Assembly: GCF_022846255.1 (NCBI RefSeq)
Contig: NZ_AP025682.1
Strand: one strand, 5' to 3'
DNA length: 64,000 bases
Source of the DNA: Escherichia coli
GTDB taxonomy: Bacteria > Pseudomonadota > Gammaproteobacteria > Enterobacterales > Enterobacteriaceae
The notes under the pieces were generated by a model that did no database searches, was not told where the DNA came from, and saw only the letters and a program-made list of their open reading frames with translations. Of this stretch, positions 10,246 through 20,164 are shown piece by piece. Each line of letters opens with the position of its first letter. Within the stretch, counting starts at the first letter, position 1. Both the position numbers and the translations under genes were made by a program.

Positions 10246-11737
10246 TTACCACCTCCGCAATCCTGGCCTGAGAACTGCTGTCAGGCAGGAAGCTATGGGT
10301 GATCTGACCTTTTTGCATTACCAAAATCCGGTGGCTTTGATACCACGCTTCTTCAATTTCATCGCAGATCATCAATACCGCAATGCCATGAGCCGCCAGA
10401 TCGCTGATAATGCCGTATATTCCTGCTTTGTTGGCGATATCAACACCGACTGTCGGGCTATCGAGAATCAACAGTCGTGGCCCAATCGCCAGCCATTTGG
10501 CGATCGATACTCGCTGCGCGTTACCACCAGAAAGCGTATTCACCGGGAGATGTGGGTCAGAGACTTTGATGGTCAATGCCTTGATTAGCCTGTCCACCAG
10601 GTCACGCACTTTAGCTTCACTCAGAAAGCCGAAGCGATCTTTTACCTTGTGAAAAACAGTGCTAATGATGTTGTCTTCAATAGATTGCGCCATCACCAAA
10701 CCGCGCGACATGCGATCTTCCGAAACATAACCAATACCGTGGCGGATGGCGTCCTGGTTACTATGCAGTGTAACCGGCTGACCGTTGATGAGGATCTCGC
10801 CAGCATCCGGTCGGGTCATACCAAACAGACTCAGACATAATTCCGTGCGCCCCGCACCAAGCAGGCCAATAATCGACACCACTTCGCCCGCTTCCACCCG
10901 CAAGTTAATATTTTGATATTCCCCATGACGACTTAAATTACGCACCTCCAGCACTGGGATGCTGGATTTTCCCTGCCACAACTCTCGTACCTGATATTCA
11001 AACTCCTGGCCGGTCATCAGGAAACCGAGTTGTTTTGTGGTCATCTCTGCAGCCGGAAAGGTCCCGACCAGCTCACCATCTTTCAGCACTGAAATACGGT
11101 CGGAAACTTCCATCACCTCTTCCAGACGATGACTGACGAAGACCACGCAGATCCCGCGTTCCCGCAATTGATGCACCACCTGTAATAACCCTTGCACTTC
11201 CTGATGGGTCAGCGAAGCGGTTGGTTCATCCATCACAATCAACCGTGCGTCCTGCGCCAGTGCACGGCAAATTGCCACCAGCTGACAGCGGGCAATTGAA
11301 AGCTCAGAAACGAGCGTATCCAGTGGCAATGTGACGTTAACACTGGTCATTGCCGCCTGCGCCACCTCACGCAGACGACGTCGGTTAACAAACAGACCGT
11401 GGTGATAGTGATTCACGGCGATATTCTCCCAGACACTCAGGTTAGGAAATAAAGAGAGGTCCTGATAAATCACCTGAATCCCCTGCGCCACCGAAGCGGC
11501 GGGTGTCAGCTTTGACCAGTTTTTCCCACCAAGCGTAATTTCCGCTCCCTCATCCGGGCGATAAACACCGGACATAATTTTAATCAACGTCGATTTACCA
11601 CAGCCGTTTTGCCCGGCAAGGCAGTGCACTTCACCCGACATAAAGTCGAGAGAAACATCGCGCAGCGCTCGCGTGGCATGAAACGTTTTGTTGATATGAC
11701 GAAGGGAAAGGAAGGTTTCCATAACATCCCCTGGCAA
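10238..11737 (-). CDS. sugar ABC transporter ATP-binding protein with duplicated ABC domains (RbsA/LsrA-like)
   Basis: Two Walker A motifs (GQNGCGKST, GLLGAGRTE) and signature-like LSGGNAQR in one 499-aa ORF. Confidence 0.9.
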   Translation of the reverse strand: MPGDVMETFLSLRHINKTFHATRALRDVSLDFMSGEVHCLAGQNGCGKSTLIKIMSGVYRPDEGAEITLGGKNWSKLTPAASVAQGIQVIYQDLSLFPNLSVWENIAVNHYHHGLFVNRRRLREVAQAAMTSVNVTLPLDTLVSELSIARCQLVAICRALAQDARLIVMDEPTASLTHQEVQGLLQVVHQLRERGICVVFVSHRLEEVMEVSDRISVLKDGELVGTFPAAEMTTKQLGFLMTGQEFEYQVRELWQGKSSIPVLEVRNLSRHGEYQNINLRVEAGEVVSIIGLLGAGRTELCLSLFGMTRPDAGEILINGQPVTLHSNQDAIRHGIGYVSEDRMSRGLVMAQSIEDNIISTVFHKVKDRFGFLSEAKVRDLVDRLIKALTIKVSDPHLPVNTLSGGNAQRVSIAKWLAIGPRLLILDSPTVGVDIANKAGIYGIISDLAAHGIAVLMICDEIEEAWYQSHRILVMQKGQITHSFLPDSSSQARIAEVVNG

Positions 11738-11770
11738 TAAGAATCGGGGCTTTCGCCCCGAAGAAATGGA

Positions 11771-12757
11771 TTAATAAAGTGAGTCGATATTGTCTTTGTT
11801 GACCAGTAATACCTTATGGAAACGGATAATTCGCTTATCCATATCTACGTCGGCCTTCCCCAGATTCTGCATTTCTAATCCAGGTTTGATCTCTTCACCC
11901 TTCAGCAACGTGCTGGCGACGGCTGCGAGTGCGTAACCTGCAGAGGCCGGATCGTAAGTAATCCCTTCGGTGATATCACCACTTTTAATCAGTGATGCCG
12001 CCTGTGAAGGAATCATCATGCCATAGACTGCGACTTTATTTTTCGCCCGTTTCTCTTTCACTGCACGTCCCGCGCCAATCGGACCGTTTGAACCAAAGGA
12101 GACAACCGCTTTCAAGTCAGGATAGGTTTTCATCAGGTCCAGTGTGGTACGACGTGAGTCATCCACACTCTCGGCAACCGGCATGCGGCGGGTAACTTCA
12201 TGCATATCCGGGTAATGCTCTTTCTGGTATTTCACCAGCAAGTCAGCCCATAAGTTATGCTGCGGCACGGTCAAACTACCCACGTAAATCACATAGCCGC
12301 CCTTGCCACCCATGCGTTTCGCCATATGTTCAACATATTCAGCGGCAAATTTTTCGTTATCAATGATTTCGATATCCCAGTTAGCACTTAGCTGACCGGG
12401 GGATTCGTTGGTCAGAACCACAATTCCGGCATCTCGCGCTTTTTTGAATACCGGTTCCAGCACGTTGGCATCGTTTGGCACAATTGTAATTGCATTAACC
12501 TTACGGGCGATTAAATCCTCAATAATTTTAACTTGTTGCGGAGCATCAGTACTTGAAGGCCCCACCTGTGACGCATTAACACCAAAGGCTTTACCCGCCT
12601 CAACCACACCTTCGCCCATGCGATTAAACCACGGCATACCATCGACTTTAGAGATATTCACCACGACTTTTTCCGCTGCCTGGAGCGGCGCAGAAATTAG
12701 CGCAGCGCCTAATAACAGCGAAGACACCATATTGATAACAAAACGTTTATTCATCAT
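11771..12757 (-). CDS. periplasmic substrate-binding protein, type I sugar-binding fold (LsrB/RbsB-like)
   Basis: 328-aa ORF with signal peptide and PBP-type motifs; first gene of the ABC operon. Confidence 0.8.
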   Translation of the reverse strand: MMNKRFVINMVSSLLLGAALISAPLQAAEKVVVNISKVDGMPWFNRMGEGVVEAGKAFGVNASQVGPSSTDAPQQVKIIEDLIARKVNAITIVPNDANVLEPVFKKARDAGIVVLTNESPGQLSANWDIEIIDNEKFAAEYVEHMAKRMGGKGGYVIYVGSLTVPQHNLWADLLVKYQKEHYPDMHEVTRRMPVAESVDDSRRTTLDLMKTYPDLKAVVSFGSNGPIGAGRAVKEKRAKNKVAVYGMMIPSQAASLIKSGDITEGITYDPASAGYALAAVASTLLKGEEIKPGLEMQNLGKADVDMDKRIIRFHKVLLVNKDNIDSLY

Positions 12758-13007
12758 TTCAGCCTCATTGCAGGGTAGTCAGGAAGTGTTCGCCCAAATT
12801 AGCGCGCTGGAGAGAATAAGAATTTTCGAATATTTTTATGCAGAATAAACAGCCCTATTTCAGGCAGCTATTAAAAATTTGGTTATAAATATGGACAAAA
12901 CGGGCAGCAACAATAAGTGTGATAATCATCACGTAAAAAACAGCAAAATAAACAAAATTAGCGATACTTTATGTTTGTGAGCTTATTTCGCGTAGAAAAA
13001 TAGTTAT

Positions 13008-13418
13008 CTACACAACGTCAATAAGGGCATATTCTTCAAAGATAACGTCCATTTCGGGTGAATAGCATCCTTCTGCCTGGAAAAAACGACGGTGTTCATT
13101 ACGCCAATATTCAAGACTGAGGTCACCTTCACCTTCCTTACGGGCAAGCTCTGCGGTGACATCAGAAAAGCGCAGTAAATGCAGGCCAATCACTCTGATA
13201 ACACAGACAGGCTCACCACGGCTATTTTCTACAATCTTATACTCACCAATCAGCGGAAATGCGTTGTCTTCAATACATCCCGCCAGCGAACCACAGGAAG
13301 CTGTTTTAACACCAGTCGCAATCAACGTTGCGAGGTGATCGGCCAACGCTGCTGAATCGCCAAAAGTACAAAAGGAAGCATGGGGATATTTTTGTGAGAT
13401 TTTTTCTTTTATGGTCAT
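13008..13418 (-). CDS. ASCH/PUA-like domain protein (possible acyl-nucleoside amidohydrolase-like); ORF extends to 13448
   Basis: 136-146 aa ORF between the ABC importer and yahJ; assignment by my recollection of the ASCH fold, not verified. Confidence 0.4.
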   Translation of the reverse strand: MTIKEKISQKYPHASFCTFGDSAALADHLATLIATGVKTASCGSLAGCIEDNAFPLIGEYKIVENSRGEPVCVIRVIGLHLLRFSDVTAELARKEGEGDLSLEYWRNEHRRFFQAEGCYSPEMDVIFEEYALIDVV

Positions 13419-13717
13419 GAGAATATTTTCGCGATTACGGAAAAACAAATCACATCTTAATTACTGTTGATAACCATCAGCAAGAAGATCATTGGTTTTT
13501 CGATGCTTAATCTTTTTTATCCGAAGCAGGTCACATTTATGGCTTGATAAATATCTTTGTTAAAACTCACTTTTGTGTATTTCTCTCAAATAATCCCCTG
13601 GAAATTACGCCCGGAGATTATAAAGTTCAGGATCATTCATTAGCAAACCATTGCTGCCCCACTCCCTGGGGCTTTAAATCTCTTACTGTTCACCATTGCA
13701 GGCGTTTCAAATGCGTA

Positions 13718-15100
13718 TCAACCTGCCACGCTCCCCCACACCAGTTGCCCTTTATGGAACGTTGCGGTTCTCGGCGAGATACGCGCCACCGCCTCGGCGG
13801 AACAGGAGGCGTCCACCAGCACAAAGCTGGCGTCATCCTGCGCTTTAGGCCACACGCGCTCGCCTTTTTCGTTGAGCGGCAATACATCGCCAGTGGCTAA
13901 AAACAGCGAGCGGGAGAGGTTCTGTTCGTTAGGACGAATATAGAGCTGCGCGTACAGATTGGCTTTTTCCAGCATGTCGCCCAGGCCGTAAGGCGACCAG
14001 TGGTCGATAACGCTGTCGGTGCCGGTCATCACTTTTACGCCTTTGTCGTGCAACTGTTTGAGCGGCATATGCAGCGTGCCAATCGGTACCGTCGAGGCGA
14101 TAGAAATTTGCTGCGCCGCCATCCGGTGCGCCAGTTCATCTACCTGTTGTTCGTTGAGCGTTGCCAGCGCGAAGGCGTGGCTGATGGTCAGCTTGCCCTT
14201 CAGCTGTGGCGTTTTCTCTACCGTTTCAACCATATAATTGATGGCTGCCACGCCTGCCGGAGTGGTTTCGTGCAGGTGAATATCGACGCCTTTGTCGTAG
14301 TCCAGCGCAATCTGGAACATGGTGTCGAGGGATTTTTCCATCGCGCCATCGACACTGGTCGGGTCCAGCCCGCCGACGTAATGCGCGCCCGCCTGCATTG
14401 CTTCACGCATTAAAGGTTCCGATTTCGACAGCAGCAAACCGTGCTGCGGGAAGGCGACAATTTCACACTCGAAGCCCGCCTGACGTCGCGCCAGCACCGA
14501 CTGCAAATTTTGCAGATTTTTCAGGCCGGAAACCGGTTCGATATTGCAGTGGCTGCGGGCAATGGTGGTGCCTTTTGACTGCAATAAATCGATCAGTTTT
14601 TCCGCCCGTTCCTGAGTATATGGTTGCAGCTCCGGCAGCATTTTCTGCTCGAGTTTGATCATGTCCTGGATAGTGGTGCCTGCCGGACGATTGAGCGAGC
14701 GCCACGGCCCGCCGTAGAAGGTTTTATCGAGATGAATATGCATGTCGCGGGTGGTGGGCAGCATCAGCTTACCGCCAGCGTCATAGTGCGGCAGCGTGGC
14801 GTCCGGATGCTGCTTGTTCTCGCGCAGGGCAACAATTTTACCGTCCTGAATCTCCACGGTCTGGCGCGCCGTGCGGGTCTGTACCGCCACGCCATTTTCG
14901 TAGTCAAAACCGGTTTCCAGCAGCACGTTATCGAGATAGTAATGCGGGTCAGTGATTTTCATGGTGTTGTTCGCTTCGCAGTTTAGGGTGCCAGCTACCC
15001 CCGCATGGGCGAGCGGCACTGAGGGACCAAACAGCGCGGCGGCGGTAACCATCTTACCGCTCTGGCTCAGAAATTCACGGCGGCTATTGTTTTCTTTCAT
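13718..15100 (-). CDS. yahJ: Tat-exported amidohydrolase-superfamily deaminase
   Basis: 460-aa ORF with twin-arginine-like N-terminus (SRREFLSQSG) and HxH metal-binding motifs of amidohydrolases. Confidence 0.85.
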   Translation of the reverse strand: MKENNSRREFLSQSGKMVTAAALFGPSVPLAHAGVAGTLNCEANNTMKITDPHYYLDNVLLETGFDYENGVAVQTRTARQTVEIQDGKIVALRENKQHPDATLPHYDAGGKLMLPTTRDMHIHLDKTFYGGPWRSLNRPAGTTIQDMIKLEQKMLPELQPYTQERAEKLIDLLQSKGTTIARSHCNIEPVSGLKNLQNLQSVLARRQAGFECEIVAFPQHGLLLSKSEPLMREAMQAGAHYVGGLDPTSVDGAMEKSLDTMFQIALDYDKGVDIHLHETTPAGVAAINYMVETVEKTPQLKGKLTISHAFALATLNEQQVDELAHRMAAQQISIASTVPIGTLHMPLKQLHDKGVKVMTGTDSVIDHWSPYGLGDMLEKANLYAQLYIRPNEQNLSRSLFLATGDVLPLNEKGERVWPKAQDDASFVLVDASCSAEAVARISPRTATFHKGQLVWGSVAG

Positions 15101-15109
15101 CTTACGTCC

Positions 15110-16060
15110 TTAGGTTTTAATAATATGGGTGCCCGTTTCGCCGCGTAGCGCCGCAGGCAGGCATTCCGGCGTGGTGATAATCACTTCTTTGCCGCCTTGT
15201 TCCAGGAACGTCAGGCTGGCGATGATTTTTGGCAACATGCTGCCAGGTGGGAAATGCCCTTCCTGCATATAGCGGGTCATGGTGGCAATATCTACGCGAT
15301 CCAGCGCCTGCTGCTGCGGTTTGCCAAAGTGAATACACACTTTTTCGACGCCAGTGGTGATCACCAGAATGTCGGCGTGAATTTCGCGAGCCAGTAGCGC
15401 GGTAGAGAAATCTTTGTCGATAACCGCGTCCACGCTTTGGTAATCCCCCGCGTCAGTACGCACTACCGGAATTCCGCCGCCGCCCGCGCCAATCACCACA
15501 AAGCCTTGTTGGATCAGCGCCTTAATGGCAGGTGCTTCGACAATACGTTTCGGTTCCGGCGAGGCGACCACGCGGCGATAGCCCCGTCCGGCATCTTCAA
15601 CAAAACGCCAGTCAGGGTTTGCCTTTTGTAGTTCGTCACGCTGGCTTTCATTAAAGAATGCGCCAATGGGTTTGGTGGGATGAGCAAAACCCGGATCGTT
15701 TTTATCCACTTCCACCTGGGTCACCACGGTGACGGCTTTTTTCTCGCCATGACGCGCCAGTCGGTTGTTCAGCGCCTGCTGGATCAGATAGCCAATGCCA
15801 CCTTGCGTATCCGCCACACAGTTCGCCAGCGGCGTTAAGGGCAGCCCTTCGCGCTCGTGGGCAATCTCCGCGCGGCGTAAATCCAGCCCGACCTGCGGCC
15901 CGTTGCCGTGGGTCAGCACAATGTCGTAATCGGAAGCCAGCATTTCCAGCACCGTATCGGCCACGGCTTTCACCGCCTCCGCCTGATGCTCAATCGACTG
16001 GCTGGCGTTATCTTTGATAATGCTGTTGCCACCAATGGCAACGACCACAAGTTCTTTCAT
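15110..16060 (-). CDS. yahI: carbamate kinase paralogue
   Basis: 316-aa ORF beginning MKELVVVAIGGNSI..., carbamate kinase/amino-acid kinase family. Confidence 0.9.
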   Translation of the reverse strand: MKELVVVAIGGNSIIKDNASQSIEHQAEAVKAVADTVLEMLASDYDIVLTHGNGPQVGLDLRRAEIAHEREGLPLTPLANCVADTQGGIGYLIQQALNNRLARHGEKKAVTVVTQVEVDKNDPGFAHPTKPIGAFFNESQRDELQKANPDWRFVEDAGRGYRRVVASPEPKRIVEAPAIKALIQQGFVVIGAGGGGIPVVRTDAGDYQSVDAVIDKDFSTALLAREIHADILVITTGVEKVCIHFGKPQQQALDRVDIATMTRYMQEGHFPPGSMLPKIIASLTFLEQGGKEVIITTPECLPAALRGETGTHIIKT

Positions 16061-16104
16061 GTTGTTATGTCCGCGACAGAGGGTGATGGGGTTATGACCA
16101 ACGC

Positions 16105-16285
16105 CAGACTGCCTGATGCGCTACGCTTATCAGGCCTACAGATTCTTGCGCCACTCGTAGGCCGGATAAGGCGTTCACGCCGCATCCGGCTGTGGTGGCC
16201 AATGCCTGAAGCGCCACGCTTATCAGGCCTACAGATTTCCGCGCCATTCGTAGGCCGGATAAGGCGTTCACGCCGCATCCGGCAG
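16105..16285. repeat. cluster of REP (BIME) palindromic units
   Basis: Two near-identical copies of CTTATCAGGCCTACAGATT...CGTAGGCCGGATAAGGCGTTCACGCCGCATCCGGC between yahG stop and yahI start. Confidence 0.8.
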
Positions 16286-16306
16286 AAACAACGCGCACTT
16301 TACAGA

Positions 16307-17725
16307 TCAGACGCCGTAACGTTCGCACCAGCCAAAAATGGCTTTCTCGAAGCAGGCGAAGGGTGGATGCACAATGCCCGCGCCAATCATGCCGACGCCC
16401 GCATCTTTATGGGCGATGGCGGTGTTGATCACTGGCAGAATGCCGCTGCTACCCACGCGGGTGATGTCGATTGCCGACGGAACGCCCATAAAACCGAGCA
16501 GCGGAATGGTGACGTTGGGGTTTTCGCCAAGGGTGATTTCACGCATCTGACGGGAGAAATCGATAGCCTCTTCCACCGTGCCACCCACCAGCGCGACGAT
16601 CGCGGGCGCGGTCGCCATCGCAAATCCGCCGATACCGTAGGTTTCGGTGATGGCGCTGTCGCCAATATCCAGCCCTGAATCTTCCGGCTTATAACCGGCA
16701 AACATCGGGCCGATGACCTGCTGCGCCGGGCCGGTAAACCACTGCCCCGGCAGGCCGCTGACCCGCAGGCCGAACTCGACGCCGTTACGCGCCATGGTGG
16801 TCACCACGGTGCTGTATTCGATGCCGTGCGCCGCATCCATCGCCGCTTTACACATCGCCATCCACGTCGGGCCGGAGAAGTAGTCGCTGCTGGCGACAAA
16901 CTCAAACACTTCGCGCTGTTGCTCGACGGAATAACCTGCCTGAATAATCCCCGGCGTCAGCGCCTGAATCAGCAGCGTCGTCCCGGCGTTATTGCGGTTA
17001 TGGCATTCATCGCCCATATGCAGCGCCTGCGCCAGCATTAAGCGCAGATCGATTTCGCCGATAATTTTCATCGCGTCGCGCAGCATGGGTCCCTGCACAT
17101 CGCGCATCCAGTTGAGGCGGTCGATCACGCTCTGGTCGTTAGCGCCCATACGCAAAATCTTCGCCATCTGCTCGCTCATGTTGGTATAAGCGACGTTGCC
17201 ATAGGTTTTGTTTTTCACGATGTGCATAAACATCGAGGCCGAGGTGACGCCCGCCATCGATCCCACACAGTCGTGCTCGTGGCACGGCGAGAAGGTGATC
17301 TCCCCGGAAGCCGCCAGCTCAGCCGCCTCGTCGAGATCTTTCGCCAGTCCTTCAAACACCAGCGCTCCGGTGACCGCGCCTTTCATCGCGCCGCACATTT
17401 TTTCCCAGGTGACCGGCGGCCCGGCGTGAAGAATGGTTTTCGGCGTCATGCCCGGCACCACGTTAATCGCCTGATCAAAACCAATCAGCACCGGATGCGA
17501 CTGGATAATGCGCTCCAGCGCCTGCTGGTTAGCGGCGGTGATTTTGTCCGCCAGCGGCGAATCGGCAATGTTGTCCAGTGCCTGCACCACCTGCATATTG
17601 CCCTGCCCCGGCGGCGTCCAGTCGAGTTGGGTCACTTCTACATGCTGCTTTTTCAGATCATCGCTAAACATGGCGATACCGACGTTAATAACGTTCAACG
17701 GTTGGCTAAACAGTGACTGGCTCAT
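16307..17725 (-). CDS. yahG: DUF1116 protein, YlbE paralogue
   Basis: 472-aa ORF in conserved yahEFG order. Confidence 0.8.
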   Translation of the reverse strand: MSQSLFSQPLNVINVGIAMFSDDLKKQHVEVTQLDWTPPGQGNMQVVQALDNIADSPLADKITAANQQALERIIQSHPVLIGFDQAINVVPGMTPKTILHAGPPVTWEKMCGAMKGAVTGALVFEGLAKDLDEAAELAASGEITFSPCHEHDCVGSMAGVTSASMFMHIVKNKTYGNVAYTNMSEQMAKILRMGANDQSVIDRLNWMRDVQGPMLRDAMKIIGEIDLRLMLAQALHMGDECHNRNNAGTTLLIQALTPGIIQAGYSVEQQREVFEFVASSDYFSGPTWMAMCKAAMDAAHGIEYSTVVTTMARNGVEFGLRVSGLPGQWFTGPAQQVIGPMFAGYKPEDSGLDIGDSAITETYGIGGFAMATAPAIVALVGGTVEEAIDFSRQMREITLGENPNVTIPLLGFMGVPSAIDITRVGSSGILPVINTAIAHKDAGVGMIGAGIVHPPFACFEKAIFGWCERYGV

Positions 17726-19272
17726 CAGGCTTCCTCCCCTTTGCAGATAAATTCACGCGCCAGCAATCCGGTATTGGTGCTGCTGCTCGCCAGAATCACT
17801 CCGGCATCAAGCAGCATCTGGCTTTGTTGTTCTAATGATGGCGTATCGAGATCGGTGCCCAGCACATAGGCGAGAATGATCAACTCGCGTCCTTCGGCAG
17901 CGGCGATCGCTTTCGCTTCTTTGATCGCCTCGATGGTGGAACCGACCGGATCTTCATGCGATCCAAATCCGAGCACAAAATCCATCACGATCACCGCCAC
18001 TTCTGGATCGCGCGCTTCTTCGATCAAGCGGCTGATACGGTTGGTCGGGTCAATCATTGGATGCGGCTTGCCGTTGGTGAAGTCATCATCGCCAAAATCG
18101 AGGAAGGTGTGTTTGATGCTGCGGTTGATATCTTGCAGGCGGAATTCAGGATCGGGCTGGATATTGCTGTAGACATCGCCATGTTTTTCCATCACCGCGA
18201 ACAGGGTTTCGTCACACAGCGTACCGCCGCAGAACAGACCACGAATGTATTTCTGCTGCGGTTGCAGACGCGCACGCACATCCGCAATCAACGGCTGGTT
18301 AAGCGTATGCAGGTCGAGATGTTCTTGTTTCACGCCGGAGAGCATCACCGCTTTCAATGCCGCCTCTTTGCTGCCGCGAGCAAACTGTAGCCCCTGCTCA
18401 TCCACTGGCGTTTCGCCACGACCGAGGAAGCAGGCCACCACTGGCTTGCGGCAGGCGCGTGCGCGTTCCAGCACTTTGCGGGCCACCGCAGGCGCAGGCG
18501 GTTTGGAGATAAGCACAATGATTTCAGTTTGCGGATCGTTTTCCAGCATCCCGATGGCATCGAGCATCATCAGGCCACCGATTTTCTCGCTCAGGTCGCG
18601 CCCGCCGGTGCCGATCAGTTGTGAAACGCCGCCACCAAATTCATGGATACGGACGCTCAATTCCTGGCTGCCGGTGCCAGATGCGCCAACAATACCGATG
18701 TTGCCGCGACGCACGGCGTTACCAAAGCAGAGCGCCGCGCCGTTGATAATCGCCGTGCCGCAGTCTGGCCCCATCATCAGCAGCCCTTTTTCATGGGCCA
18801 ACTGTTTGAGCGCCAGTTCATCTTCAACTGAGACATTATCGGAAAACAGCATCACGTTGAGGTCATTTTGCAGCGCCTGACGCGCTTCGCGAGCGGCAAA
18901 CAGACCGTTGACCGAAATCACTGCCAGGTTACTTTCCGGGATATGCTTTTTGGCGCTGGCAATAGTGCCGTAACGCGCCTCGTGCGAGCCGCTTTGCGCT
19001 TTGGTGTTGAACAGTTCTTCAATCTCCGCCAGCAACTGCTCGTTGTCCACACCCGATTTACCATTGATGACAATCATCAGGTCGCCGTTTTTCGCCTGCT
19101 CCAGCTCCGGCGTCAGCAGTCCTAAATTCTTCAACACGCCTTTGTTCATTTCGGTCGCCATCGCCACAAATGCCTGCTCGACGCCGTCGAGTTTATTTGC
19201 ACGCGTGGAGATAGACATCAGCGAGACAGAATCAAAATAGGTATTCGGTTTAATGACTATTTTAACTGACAT
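17725..19272 (-). CDS. yahF: FdrA-like protein with succinyl-CoA-synthetase-alpha-type CoA-binding fold
   Basis: 515-aa ORF; 1-bp overlap with yahG and 11-bp overlap with yahE. Confidence 0.85.
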   Translation of the reverse strand: MSVKIVIKPNTYFDSVSLMSISTRANKLDGVEQAFVAMATEMNKGVLKNLGLLTPELEQAKNGDLMIVINGKSGVDNEQLLAEIEELFNTKAQSGSHEARYGTIASAKKHIPESNLAVISVNGLFAAREARQALQNDLNVMLFSDNVSVEDELALKQLAHEKGLLMMGPDCGTAIINGAALCFGNAVRRGNIGIVGASGTGSQELSVRIHEFGGGVSQLIGTGGRDLSEKIGGLMMLDAIGMLENDPQTEIIVLISKPPAPAVARKVLERARACRKPVVACFLGRGETPVDEQGLQFARGSKEAALKAVMLSGVKQEHLDLHTLNQPLIADVRARLQPQQKYIRGLFCGGTLCDETLFAVMEKHGDVYSNIQPDPEFRLQDINRSIKHTFLDFGDDDFTNGKPHPMIDPTNRISRLIEEARDPEVAVIVMDFVLGFGSHEDPVGSTIEAIKEAKAIAAAEGRELIILAYVLGTDLDTPSLEQQSQMLLDAGVILASSSTNTGLLAREFICKGEEA

Positions 19273-20125
19273 AATTCCCTCCGTAGGTTTGACTCAGCGC
19301 ACAACCATCGGCCATGCCATACAGCATGTCGCAGCCGGAACTGGAGCCAATATGTTTAATTTTTTCTATTGCCTGAGTTGCGTTCCCAGGGATGTCATAA
19401 ATAATGTTGTGAATAAAACGATGAATATTTTCCCGGCAGCGTTGTTGTAATGCGGCTTCCAGCGTGATGGCACTTAATAACGTGGTATTATTTCTGCCGC
19501 GTTGCAAACCGAGATAAAATTCCTCTTTGTATTTTTCCGCCGGATGTCCGGAAATAAATAAAATAAGTACCAGTCCGGTCAGATAATCATCGGCTGATGG
19601 CGTAAGGCCAATCCCTAAGCCCATCATACTGGCGACTGCTGAGGCGATATTTTGTTTATCGTTTACGGCCTGAATAACTGCCCGTCGTTTAATATGTAGT
19701 TCTTTATTTAACGCCTGATAAAACGGATTATCGCCGCGATAATTAAACAGGGTTTCATTTTCCCCCAGGTGCTGATGAATAATGTCGTGCCACTGTTGCC
19801 AGGCGATAAGGTGAAAATTCACAGCGGTCATTTGCAAGGTTGGGGACAGCCAACGCCGACAACGACTCATCTCTATATGAAGATGTTGACCAACCGTAAT
19901 GCCTTGATCGTCAAACTGAACCTTATCACCATGCCGGAACAGACCATTAAAGTGAGTGAGTGCCAACCGACAACTGTTTGGCGCATTGTCGTACTCTTCA
20001 CAAAGCAGCGTTAGCAACTGCTGGCGAGCCGGGAGTGCGATATTTACCGCTCTGGCAAAGACCTGTTCAACCTGTCCTTGCCCCCGCTGCGCCAGAAAAT
20101 CAGCATCCGCAGTTAGCGCCCACAC
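19262..20125 (-). CDS. yahE: DUF2877 protein, YlbF paralogue
   Basis: 287-aa ORF in conserved synteny. Confidence 0.75.
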   Translation of the reverse strand: MWALTADADFLAQRGQGQVEQVFARAVNIALPARQQLLTLLCEEYDNAPNSCRLALTHFNGLFRHGDKVQFDDQGITVGQHLHIEMSRCRRWLSPTLQMTAVNFHLIAWQQWHDIIHQHLGENETLFNYRGDNPFYQALNKELHIKRRAVIQAVNDKQNIASAVASMMGLGIGLTPSADDYLTGLVLILFISGHPAEKYKEEFYLGLQRGRNNTTLLSAITLEAALQQRCRENIHRFIHNIIYDIPGNATQAIEKIKHIGSSSGCDMLYGMADGCALSQTYGGNYVS

Positions 20126-20164
20126 ACACCGTTTTTCTGGTGTGTTGATAGCAAGCCTCCCGGT

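Noticed and set aside
15908-16678. 256-aa plus-strand ORF and minus-strand ORFs at 16057-16328
   Set aside because: Span the REP cluster and the antisense strand of yahI/yahG; REP palindromes generate open frames on both strands.
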